Origin: an uncultured bacterium
GTDB lineage: Bacteria > CSSED10-310 > CAZUFC01
Assembly: GCA_964619725.1 (NCBI GenBank)
Contig: CAZUFC010000037.1
Location: 2,223 to 64,719, forward strand
Direction of reading: 5' to 3'
Length of the DNA stretch: 62,497 nt
The first letter of the stretch is position 1. Each line of letters begins with the position of its first letter. Shown here one piece after another: positions 48,155 through 57,396 of this stretch. The translations under genes and the position numbers were made by a program. Under the pieces are notes generated by a model. It saw only the letters and a program-made list of their open reading frames with translations. It did not search any database and was not told the DNA's origin.

Positions 48155-50121
48155 GAAAGTTGTCTCCCCCGTTGTTCTTTCAAATATCTGCGTGATATCG
48201 AAACCATAATGAAAAATCCTGCTGCAACCAGCAGGATAACTTTCCCTGATTTTTGCACCGCGGGTATTGCCGGTTCAACGATCGTCACTCTAACCGCATT
48301 ATGCGCCGTATCCGTTTCGAATAATGCCTTCTGACCGGGATGGGCAACGGCAAACTGGAACGGATCGATTTCCTCAGAATAGGATCGGTCATACTTCCCA
48401 TTCGCCGAGTAACCGACGACGGCAGTGGGATTGCCGGAACCCCAGGCCAGAAATTGATATTCTCCTGGAATATTGATGCTGATCAGGCGTGAGAATATTG
48501 CATCGCCCGCTTCCCTGTCGCCGTGGCCGCCATCAGGTCCGTCGTCGAACATCTGAGTAAGCGGATCATCTACGGTCCAGTCATTGCTGCCCGCTTCACT
48601 CTGCCAGTCGCCCACCGCATACAATGAATCCCAGCAAATGTCGCCGTCATCGTAGAGTCTCATGGACGCAGGCAGGAAATCGTCCGCATGACTTCCCGTA
48701 TCCAGTCTGAATTTTACTGTCTGATAGCTTTCTGATGTGCAGCATACTGACATGCAATAACCGCAGTCAGGATACTTTTCGCTGCCGTCATAATTCTGAG
48801 CGTAATAGGATAAAGGATATGCGTAATACCTCACGATTTCAGCGCTGTAAATGCCGTCAAAAGCATATTCGTCGCCGTGAGAGCCGTCATCGTACATTTC
48901 CAGCATGCCTTCACCATACAGGTACCAATCAGCCGGTTGAGTCGGGGTAGAGCTCGGCGTAAAAGAATAAACGGGCGTGGGACTTGCCGTCGGAGTTGTG
49001 GTGGCGATTATCTCCAGGGCAAAATCCGGATCCCCGGCAAAACGCATACAATCAGCCGTCCCCGCACAAACGGGATAATCCGCCATAGCCTGATCGAATG
49101 CTGCGCTGACCGTGTACCCCTGCGCCATATAGGAAAACAAAGCATTTTGCCACACAACGGAATAATCCCAGCATGAATCACACTCCTGGCGGCTCATACC
49201 GCAATATCCCACCGTGGAGCAATCTTCATTCGAGCCTTGCCTGAAAGCGTGCGACAGAGTTCCGCTCCCCGTGCTGCACATGCCGTCGCAACTGGCTATA
49301 AATGTAAACGGCATCTTCCGGTGACCGGCTATCCACGTTTCAATATCAGAGGCATAGGTCCACTGTATGTTTCCGCCGGAACATCCGCCGCCGTAATAAT
49401 AGCTGCCTCCGTGACCGATCTCGTAAAACAAAGATACTTCGTCATCCTGAATATAACTGCTTATAACCGTTTTTGTCGGCCACTGCTCGGTATCGGTCGG
49501 ATACCCCATATTCTCAAACCAGTAATCGGCGGAATAATACCACGATGTCCACGATGTGGAACAGGGATTATAATATATCGGCCCTGAAGACGAAAAACCG
49601 TTGTCCGGAGGCGGGATTCCCTTCCCTAAAAAATCGCCCGTCGATGCATCTATCACAATTATTTCCGTTCCGCATTCTGCACTCCCTCTCCTTATTATCC
49701 AGCAGGGATTAGTCGGCGCCGGATCAATCCGATATACGTCGGAATCCGGAGAAATATACATTAACCGGGCTCGTAAACAATCGCCTCCGGCAATCCGCTC
49801 AGCTTCCTGTTCATCTATATTCACAAAGCGCTCCGCATAACTCTCCGGCAAATCATCCCGATGTCTGACCGTCTCCTTGACCAAACTTCGAGTTTCAGCA
49901 TCAAACTGATAGTTGATGTAGTCCTTCTCAACGATAACATCGCCTATTCGCCTTTGCTGAAAAAGGACGATCCTCTCTCCTATTTCATAAACCTCAAAAT
50001 CCACCCGTTGACATCCGACCTGCTGAAATAAATCGTCATATCGTCCGCAAAATGCCGTTTCTTCGCCTGTAATTGAGACAAGAATTAAAAGCGCTCCGAT
50101 CAGAAATATTTTTTCTTTCAT
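48151..50121 (-). CDS. Secreted putative clan CD (gingipain/C25-like) peptidase with propeptide, choice-of-anchor-X-like motifs and sorting tail
   Basis: Signal peptide; FYEIGHGG and TFIASC (His/Cys dyad-like); MYDDGSHGD..AFDGIYS and MFDDG..HGD.EAGDAIFS; tail IPA-TM-RR. Confidence 0.6.
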   Translation of the reverse strand: MKEKIFLIGALLILVSITGEETAFCGRYDDLFQQVGCQRVDFEVYEIGERIVLFQQRRIGDVIVEKDYINYQFDAETRSLVKETVRHRDDLPESYAERFVNIDEQEAERIAGGDCLRARLMYISPDSDVYRIDPAPTNPCWIIRRGSAECGTEIIVIDASTGDFLGKGIPPPDNGFSSSGPIYYNPCSTSWTSWYYSADYWFENMGYPTDTEQWPTKTVISSYIQDDEVSLFYEIGHGGSYYYGGGCSGGNIQWTYASDIETWIAGHRKMPFTFIASCDGMCSTGSGTLSHAFRQGSNEDCSTVGYCGMSRQECDSCWDYSVVWQNALFSYMAQGYTVSAAFDQAMADYPVCAGTADCMRFAGDPDFALEIIATTTPTASPTPVYSFTPSSTPTQPADWYLYGEGMLEMYDDGSHGDEYAFDGIYSAEIVRYYAYPLSYYAQNYDGSEKYPDCGYCMSVCCTSESYQTVKFRLDTGSHADDFLPASMRLYDDGDICWDSLYAVGDWQSEAGSNDWTVDDPLTQMFDDGPDGGHGDREAGDAIFSRLISINIPGEYQFLAWGSGNPTAVVGYSANGKYDRSYSEEIDPFQFAVAHPGQKALFETDTAHNAVRVTIVEPAIPAVQKSGKVILLVAAGFFIMVSISRRYLKEQRGRQLS

Positions 50122-50367
50122 CTAATCAGCCTTCTCCCTTTCATTGACCCAAGGACCGTCTCTTTATACATTCTGATAAGTTCGAGTCTGCGTTTCTAAG
50201 TTCATTAATCAACGTCTTCCCCAAAAATGGTTATATTGATAAAGAGTCAGCATGTCAAAACAGAGGATTGGAAAATTGGAAGGTTGGATGGAGGGAAGAA
50301 TGGAAGAGTTGCTGTTTCTGAAGCGTTCTGATGTGAATGTTACTGGACGCCGCAGTTCTTTTTTTTC

Positions 50368-50396
50368 ATCCGCGAAATCACGCGAAGTTACGCGAA
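50368..50396 (+). repeat. Decamer tandem array (CGCGAAnnnA)x3; left arm of a 29-bp inverted repeat
   Basis: ATCCGCGAAATCACGCGAAGTTACGCGAA; 26/29 identical to the reverse complement of 52260-52288. Confidence 0.8.
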
Positions 50397-50498
50397 AAGA
50401 GAGGATGCGATGTTTATATTTTTTGATGCCGTTGAGATTGACGGTAATGACGACTTGTAATGAACATATTTTTGCAGAAATCTCCCGGTAAGCGCTTG

Positions 50499-50522
50499 TT
50501 TCGATTTCGATACCGACCCCGA
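50499..50522 (+). repeat. Hexamer (CGAnnn) array; left arm of a 24-bp inverted repeat
   Basis: TTTCGATTTCGATACCGACCCCGA; 21/24 identical to the reverse complement of 52093-52116. Confidence 0.75.
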
Positions 50523-50624
50523 TTACCGACAAAACTGCCCTTGAAGAAAAAAACAGCGCCTGTTTTATAAGTAAAAACGTACTGCAAACGATTGCCTGTC
50601 TGAGGAATTCCCCGGTTGAAGGAA

Positions 50625-51917
50625 TCAGTGATTTCTTTTGATTCTTTGGAGTAAGAGCAATCCCAGCGCCGCAGTTATTATGAAGCATCCGGCGGAAGTC
50701 GTTGCGGGAACAGGAGCCGCTGTCGGACTTTCGGTCTGCGTCGGAGTTAATGTTATCGTGGGCGTCGCGCTGGGCGTTGAGGAGCTTGTGGGTGAGGACG
50801 TGGGCGTTAATGTGGGGGAGGCTGTGGGTGTGAGGGTCGGCGTTACCGTGGACGAGGCCGTTGGGGTTTCGGTAGGGACCATTGTCGACGTTAGCGTAGG
50901 AGAGTGAGTCGGTGAAAACGTCGGCGAGTCGGTGGGCGTGAGCGTTGGAGAAGCTGTAGACGTTCTGGTGGCAGTAATGGTAAATGTGGGCGTGGGTTGA
51001 AGGTGTTCCAGGTCGTAACGGTAAAACTTGCCGTCCATATTCTGACTGCTGTTGATCAGATAGAGGTCTTCTCCGTCTGTTGCGAAAAATTCCGTAACGT
51101 AAATATCGCTGGGTATTACCGGCAGATCATCGTACCACGCGTCGGATTCTATGTCGTAAGCCCAGAAATCGTTCGTTTGACCTGATCTGACCCAAAACAG
51201 ATAATTTTCCAGGTGCAGTCCCGCCTGATAGGTCGAAGTCCCTGGCGTTGAAGCCAGGCCCGTCCAACTGTTGCCGCTGATGCTGTAACGGTAAAACGAT
51301 GAACTCGTACCGCCCAGCGTTACATAAATATTATCGCCCCCATCGTAAGCCATTGATCCGTGCGTGCAGTTACCCGGCACGGAAGCCCGCGTCGTCCAGG
51401 AATTCCCGGCGATTGAATACCGGTAAAAAGTGTCCCCGCTCGATTTTATGCAATAAATATGTCCCTGCGCTATTACTGCCCCATTGTGCCGGCAATCGTA
51501 CGGGGGACCTGCAAGCGTCGTCCAGCTATCGCCGCTTATGTCGTAGCGGTTGAGATGATTACCGTTGTAATAACCTATCGCGTAAATATAATTCCCGCCT
51601 TCATACAGCACGTTGCCTCCGTGAAGTCCATGCGGCGAAGAAGTTAAAGTCGTCCAGGTTCCGGAAGAAATATCGTAACGGGCGAATCCTTTACCTCCTG
51701 AATTGTTTCCCTGGGCCATATAAATCGAATTTTCAGAAGCAACATATGCCAACCCCTGATCATCGTAAGGATGCAGGGGCGGTACAGCATCTATTTGAAA
51801 CCATTCCCCGTAAATATCATATAGCTCAGCGTTCACGGATGGGATTAAAACAATCCCGGCCGCTGATATCATCAGTAAAAACCCGTACAAAAAAAACAAA
51901 TGCTTCATAGCAGTCAT
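50625..51917 (-). CDS. Secreted Kelch-repeat beta-propeller protein with Pro/Thr linker and sorting tail
   Basis: Repeats IY..G....F.RY.I...SW..LA..P; PT tract; tail VPATTSAG-TM-RIKR. Confidence 0.88.
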   Translation of the reverse strand: MTAMKHLFFLYGFLLMISAAGIVLIPSVNAELYDIYGEWFQIDAVPPLHPYDDQGLAYVASENSIYMAQGNNSGGKGFARYDISSGTWTTLTSSPHGLHGGNVLYEGGNYIYAIGYYNGNHLNRYDISGDSWTTLAGPPYDCRHNGAVIAQGHIYCIKSSGDTFYRYSIAGNSWTTRASVPGNCTHGSMAYDGGDNIYVTLGGTSSSFYRYSISGNSWTGLASTPGTSTYQAGLHLENYLFWVRSGQTNDFWAYDIESDAWYDDLPVIPSDIYVTEFFATDGEDLYLINSSQNMDGKFYRYDLEHLQPTPTFTITATRTSTASPTLTPTDSPTFSPTHSPTLTSTMVPTETPTASSTVTPTLTPTASPTLTPTSSPTSSSTPSATPTITLTPTQTESPTAAPVPATTSAGCFIITAALGLLLLQRIKRNH

Positions 51918-52092
51918 CTCCCTTATCGATTATTATTACTGATAAATTCCGTCCATGCAAATTGCCTGAACTGATCAGACGCAAGCTGCAAACCGTCGCC
52001 GGTTCCGAAGGATATTAAAGAGGAGCGATCAGTCAGCCGTCAAGAAAGCTGTCCGCGAAAATTAGCGAATTCATCGCGACGGTAAATCGGCT

Positions 52093-52116
52093 TCGGGGTC
52101 GGTATCGGGATTGAAA
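52093..52116 (-). repeat. Hexamer array; right arm of the 24-bp inverted repeat
   Basis: TCGGGGTCGGTATCGGGATTGAAA. Confidence 0.75.
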
Positions 52117-52259
52117 GGAGCGAAATGGGCGCTGGTCATGAAAAGCCCGGCGTCTGTCGTGCAGACATTTAATATGCGGGCTGGGCTTACCGGGCTGAAG
52201 GGTCGTCGCAACCCGAAAGATCAACTTCTGCGCTGGAGAGTTCTCTGACGCCCCTCCTG

Positions 52260-52288
52260 TTCGCGTAAATTCGTGTAATTTCGCGGAT
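52260..52288 (-). repeat. Decamer array; right arm of the 29-bp inverted repeat
   Basis: TTCGCGTAAATTCGTGTAATTTCGCGGAT. Confidence 0.8.
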
Positions 52289-52293
52289 TGGCC

Positions 52294-52881
52294 CTACCTC
52301 GGAAGCCGCTTGATGATCATCGGGTCCTCATACATAAATATTTCATTGTTATCCGGATCGTCTATCAGACTCATCACCTTCTCGGGCGAACTCTCGATCA
52401 GAATCGTCCCGCCGCTCTCGCTTTCAGTCGACTTTCCCTCCAGTTTTTTACTTGCCAGAGCTTCCTGAAAAAAATCCCTGTCCGGCAGCCAGATAATGAG
52501 GTCTCCGTCATCGGTTACGGAATACTGAGCAAAAATATACTCTTCCATCATCTCGCCGTCTTCCTCCACTCGTATGTTTATGAAATTATGCTCTTTTCCC
52601 TTCGTCACTATCATTTCAGCATGATTGAGCACGAATTTATTTTCCTCCCATTCCATTCCCGCCAGAGCCGCTTTCCCCTTTTCATCAAATTTCAAATACA
52701 CCACATCCCCCTCCAGAATCCAGGCGCCTTCCAGCTTCTCCTTGTCCACAGGATCGGATACCTCGCTGAGCGGATGCTTCAGGTATACGTTGTAGCACCC
52801 GCAGAGCATTACAGCGAAAATCATTACGATGAAGATCATTGAGCAGATTACTTTTTTGGTCATTAAAACTATCCTCCTCAT
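52294..52881 (-). CDS. Putative lipoprotein
   Basis: Hydrophobic signal ending in lipobox-like LCGC; acidic beta-rich mature domain. Confidence 0.7.
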   Translation of the reverse strand: MRRIVLMTKKVICSMIFIVMIFAVMLCGCYNVYLKHPLSEVSDPVDKEKLEGAWILEGDVVYLKFDEKGKAALAGMEWEENKFVLNHAEMIVTKGKEHNFINIRVEEDGEMMEEYIFAQYSVTDDGDLIIWLPDRDFFQEALASKKLEGKSTESESGGTILIESSPEKVMSLIDDPDNNEIFMYEDPMIIKRLPR

Positions 52882-53160
52882 AATCGTGAATTATTTGCCG
52901 GCTTTCCGTTTTCTTGCAGGCTGACGGAAAATTCACTTAGTACAATACATGAAGCATTATCAATTGAAAACATAATCATCGCCTCTTTCATAGAAAAAGC
53001 AACGCCGCAAAAAATTGTTTTTGAAAATTAGACGCAGCATCCTGCAGCGTTCAGTTAATCTCTATGCAATCCCTTATGCCTTCTTGCCGATACTGACTTA
53101 CTATTATTCATACGACCGTAACACGCCATCCGGCGCCCCCATTCCAGGGCTGCAGCTATT

Positions 53161-55185
53161 TCACTCAGCTTTGAATTCCTTCAGTCCTTCTCGGATTTCA
53201 CGCGATGCGCCTTTTTCCAGAATACATTCCGCGAATTTTCTTCCCAGTTTTCCATTCAAAACGTTTCCGCTGTTTCTGAAATGAGAAAAAACCTCTTCAG
53301 CGTAATTTTTTGCCCATAAGTAACTGTAAAAGCCTGCTGCATAATCATAAGCAAATATGTGCAGAAAACGGCTTTCCAAATACGTATCCTCAACGTATGG
53401 CGTCAACATGTATTTTTCGTGCAGCTCTTTATAAAGTTCGTGAGCATCCGGGGGTAGACTTTCCCTTAAATTTGTGTTGTGCAGTTTTATGTCATAAATC
53501 GATTTGAAAATATCCTCAATCTGGATCATGTTCGAATAAAAGTTCTCGGCTTCGATGATTTTACGGATCAGTTCTTCCGGGATGGGCTTCCCTGTTTTAT
53601 GATGCTTTCCTATAATCCTCAGAGTTTCAGGAGCATCGAGGAACATAGCCATGAACTGTGACGGAAATTCCACGGCATCGCGTTCGACCGAAGTTCCCGA
53701 CATGGGATAAAGTTCCGTCCGGCTCAACATATCGTGGAGAGCGTGACCGAATTCATGAAACAGGGTTTTTATCTCTCTGATCGACAGAAGACATTTTTCG
53801 CCCTCTTCGGGTTTTGTAAAATTGCATTGAATGGAAGTCTGAGCTATCTTCCCAGAATAACCCCGAACCAGGACCTTTTTCCAGGCTCCCTTCTGTTTTA
53901 TTCCGGGTCGGGCGAAAAGGTCCAGATACAGATAAGCCTTTTTCGGTTTTTCTGTATCCATAACCTCGAATACGCTGACATCTTCGTTCCAGACGGGGAT
54001 ATCCGTTTTCCGCTTGAATTCGAGGCCGAACAGGAGGCCGGCGATTCTGAACATTCCTTCCAGGCAATCGTTCAACGCAAAATATTGTTTCGCTTCCTGT
54101 TCTGAATATTTCAGCTTTTCTATCCTATACCGGGTCAACCAATAGAGTTCATCCCACGGCATTATTCCACGTATATCCCTGCCGGAAACTCCTCGTATGA
54201 ATGAAAGCAAATCCCGGTATTCCTTCAATGCAGGGCCTTTTGTTTTTTCATACAACTCCTCCAGAAATTTCAAAATTTCTTCAGGAGATTCAGCGATTCT
54301 GAATTCCAATCCAGAGTGTGCATAAGAATAATATCCGAGCAAAAACGCCTCCTGTATTCTTAATTCAAGCAGTTCCTGCAGAACAGGCCTGTTATCCGCG
54401 TTTTCCCTGACGCTGGTACTGATCAATCCCCTCCAGAATCGCTCCCTCAGATAACCTCTATCAGAATATTGCATGAACGAACAGTATGCTCCGGGTGAGG
54501 AGTCGAACAGCCAGGATTTTGATATTTTCGATTCATCCGAACCCGCAATTTTCATTAATCCAGCCCGTTCAGCCCTGAGAAACGCCTGGTTTCGCTCAGA
54601 CACGGGAATGCCGGAAAGGTCTCTTTCATCCTTTAAAATCAAGACATAAGGTGAATTTTGAATGTTTTTCTGGAATAGCGTCTCCAGTCGAATCATCCGT
54701 GATCTCAGATGCAAAAGCCTGTTATATCCAGCATCATTCAAATTCGCTCCTTTTAGCTTCATACTTATTTTTAATTCCTCTGCGTATCGTCGTTTTTCTC
54801 CCTTCAAACCGGCGTACTCTTCCGTTTTGAAATATTCCCTCAGCTTTTCATTGTATTTTTCATCCAAGGAAAGACGGACATTGAATTTTAAATGATATGC
54901 AGCCACTGCGTCCCTCGCTTCGTAGATTTCCTGGTTCCCGTCGACTCTCATCAGGTGTCTCAAAGGATGCCAAACCCGGTCTATTTTCTCATCAATATCG
55001 ATCATTGGCTGTATGACGCTTTCGAAAGCCGGCCGGCATTCCGACTGAAAAAGTTTCTCAAGACAAGGCTGTATTTCGGTCAAAACCTTCTTCATGGCCG
55101 GTAAAAAATGTTCCGGTTTAATCAAATCGAAACGATAATGAAAATCATCCAATAATAAAGGATTATTCACTATTTGCTCACTCAT
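53161..55185 (-). CDS. M3-family metallopeptidase (oligopeptidase A / Dcp-like)
   Basis: NNPLL N-terminus, YLDLFARPG..KGAW, TLFHEFGHALH, DAVEFPSQ, HIF..YAAGFYSYLWA; start set at ATG 55185 (RBS GGAGG). Confidence 0.92.
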   Translation of the reverse strand: MSEQIVNNPLLLDDFHYRFDLIKPEHFLPAMKKVLTEIQPCLEKLFQSECRPAFESVIQPMIDIDEKIDRVWHPLRHLMRVDGNQEIYEARDAVAAYHLKFNVRLSLDEKYNEKLREYFKTEEYAGLKGEKRRYAEELKISMKLKGANLNDAGYNRLLHLRSRMIRLETLFQKNIQNSPYVLILKDERDLSGIPVSERNQAFLRAERAGLMKIAGSDESKISKSWLFDSSPGAYCSFMQYSDRGYLRERFWRGLISTSVRENADNRPVLQELLELRIQEAFLLGYYSYAHSGLEFRIAESPEEILKFLEELYEKTKGPALKEYRDLLSFIRGVSGRDIRGIMPWDELYWLTRYRIEKLKYSEQEAKQYFALNDCLEGMFRIAGLLFGLEFKRKTDIPVWNEDVSVFEVMDTEKPKKAYLYLDLFARPGIKQKGAWKKVLVRGYSGKIAQTSIQCNFTKPEEGEKCLLSIREIKTLFHEFGHALHDMLSRTELYPMSGTSVERDAVEFPSQFMAMFLDAPETLRIIGKHHKTGKPIPEELIRKIIEAENFYSNMIQIEDIFKSIYDIKLHNTNLRESLPPDAHELYKELHEKYMLTPYVEDTYLESRFLHIFAYDYAAGFYSYLWAKNYAEEVFSHFRNSGNVLNGKLGRKFAECILEKGASREIREGLKEFKAE

Positions 55186-55610
55186 CGGCTCGCCTCCCTT
55201 CAAACCTCCAGAAATCGAAATGCTATGCCATGCAGGACAGAATTGCAAACAGGAGTTATGTCTGCTCACGTGAAGGGTGAATGGGATCGGGGATGGTTTA
55301 ACTTTCAATAAACGGCAGCAGGGAATGGTTTCATGGGTGCCGGGCAATGCAGAAACATTGTTTTTTGATTGTCTCGTTCTGTTCGGTCATTCAGGCAGAA
55401 GGCGTTACGATGATGAGGGCTTACCCGCTCCTTTCCAGCAACGAATATCCCGGATAGTAAGGACTTTTTTGACAAGAGCCGGCTGTCGATTTGCTTCGAG
55501 CTTTTTCTTCATTATAATAATAGTGATGAGCCAGGGGAGAAAATCAATGAAATGGATGAAAATGAGACGGTTTTGATTTGCCGTTCTCTTGATTCTTAAG
55601 GAGTTATTGT

Positions 55611-57167
55611 ATGAAAGCGTCAATAACAGCGAACAGAGTAACGTCAATATTCGTTTCGTTTCTAGTGAAAATGAAAAGAGACGCAAATGGTATGTTCCGT
55701 ATGACGTTGCGGGTTTTTATTTTGCTGAGCATTATTTATGGAGTTTCTGTCTATTCATCAGGAAACGAAGTAAAAATGGAGGAATGGATGCAGCATCATC
55801 CGTTCGGGGACGCCGGAACGAAGGCATCGGGTGAAGCGCCTGCCGGCAGCAGGACGGTCTATTACATATATGACTGGCACGATCTTCAGGGCATGCAGTC
55901 AGACGTTTCGGGCGATTATTATCTGGAGAACGACCTGGATGCCGAGACGCCCGGCTTTGACGATTATCAGAGCGGAACAGGTTTTGATCCGGTAGGGGGT
56001 TTTACCGGCACATTCGACGGGCAGGGTCATATCATTGATGGATTATTCATAGATAGGCCGGCGGAAGACAATGTGGGCTTGTTCGGTTCAGTTGATGGCG
56101 GAACGATTGAGGAAGTAGGAATGGCCAATGTTTACGTCAGCGGCAAGGATTTTGTCGGCGCTCTGGTAGGTTGGAATCAGGGGGGCGCAGTTTCCCGCTG
56201 TTTTTCCACCGGAGAGGTTCACGGAGACGTCTACGGCGCCGGAGGTCTTGTGGGATACAACGGCGACGGTCCCGGAGGAAATATTACAGACTGCTATTCC
56301 TGGTCCGACGTCACGACCGTCAGCGAAGGTTACGGCACGACGGGCGGCTTGGTCGGTTTCAATGCGGACTATGGGGGCGAATCCGTCATGACTAATTGTT
56401 ATGCAACGGGTACCATCGTGGGGACGAATAACCATACGGGCGGACTGGCGGGAGCAAATCACGAAGCATACGGCAATTGTATGATCTATAATTCTTTTGC
56501 AACGGGCGACGTCAGCGGATATGGAGAAACAGGAGGACTGGTCGGTAATATCTGGAATGACGGCGGTCAGGTCAACTGCTGGTGGAACAACCATCCCGGG
56601 AATCCCGATCACTGTTACTTCGGCGGTGACCTCGGATGCACAGCCGTCAGTAACAATGAAAGTTATTTTTACAATGTGTCCAATACGCCTATGGACGTAT
56701 GGGACTTCGACAACATCTGGAGCGACCAGAACGACGGCCAGTTCTTCCCCATTCTTAAATGGCAGGAGGTTCCCTCAACACCCACGCCCACAATAACTCC
56801 TTCCGATACGCCGACGCTGACGCCGACGAATACGTCCACACAGTCGCCTACGCTCTCCCCTACCTCTACGCCCACAGAATCCCCCACAATGTCCCCGACC
56901 TTCTCTCCTACTGAAACTCCCTCTCCAACACCTACCATTACTTTAACACCCACATCAACACCCACTGAAACGCCGACCCTGAGTCCCACGCCTACAGACT
57001 CTCCCACATACTCGCCCACTCAGACCCCCACACTCTCTCCCACGATTCCGCCTACGCCCACGCCGACAGAGATACCGCCGGTTCCCGCAACCGGCCTTCT
57101 CAGCCTGGGCCTTCTGGCCGGGCTGCTGAGTCTCCTTCTATCATTAAAGACATTGCAGCGACGATGA
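55611..57167 (+). CDS. Secreted GLUG-motif protein with Pro/Thr linker and sorting tail
   Basis: [17 protein letters not shown], repeated GGLVG.N / CYATG; PT tract; tail VPATG-TM-RR. Confidence 0.88.
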   Translation: MKASITANRVTSIFVSFLVKMKRDANGMFRMTLRVFILLSIIYGVSVYSSGNEVKMEEWMQHHPFGDAGTKASGEAPAGSRTVYYIYDWHDLQGMQSDVSGDYYLENDLDAETPGFDDYQSGTGFDPVGGFTGTFDGQGHIIDGLFIDRPAEDNVGLFGSVDGGTIEEVGMANVYVSGKDFVGALVGWNQGGAVSRCFSTGEVHGDVYGAGGLVGYNGDGPGGNITDCYSWSDVTTVSEGYGTTGGLVGFNADYGGESVMTNCYATGTIVGTNNHTGGLAGANHEAYGNCMIYNSFATGDVSGYGETGGLVGNIWNDGGQVNCWWNNHPGNPDHCYFGGDLGCTAVSNNESYFYNVSNTPMDVWDFDNIWSDQNDGQFFPILKWQEVPSTPTPTITPSDTPTLTPTNTSTQSPTLSPTSTPTESPTMSPTFSPTETPSPTPTITLTPTSTPTETPTLSPTPTDSPTYSPTQTPTLSPTIPPTPTPTEIPPVPATGLLSLGLLAGLLSLLLSLKTLQRR

Positions 57168-57396
57168 TTCATGCCTCTCTCTTTTTCTGATCAGGTATTC
57201 TCAGTGAAAATTAAGCCGAATTCTACCTCCCCTTTCATCAGTCCTAAGATTGCGGCATGTCGGGAAGAAAATTAAGCGTATTGAACAACATCAGGCAAAA
57301 GACGAAGCATTCATCCACCCGCTGTCCGCTTGATTACCCTCTGTCTCTTTGTTAGAATTTCAATCCTTCGTGAATGGAGAACCGGAAAGGAAACGA

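Noticed and set aside
50209-50688. 159-aa minus-strand ORF
   Set aside because: It overlaps the Kelch gene end and runs through non-coding repeat arrays (IGVGIEIE is the translated hexamer repeat).
51956-52010. GCAAA...GACGCAAG resembling a c-di-GMP-I riboswitch
   Set aside because: Wrong strand for the neighbouring gene, and no GAAA-capped P2 stem.
53050-53163. Possible TGA read-through or truncation of the M3 peptidase
   Set aside because: The downstream in-frame sequence does not resemble the M3 C-terminus, and the catalytic motifs are intact, so this is treated as a slightly short but normal gene.
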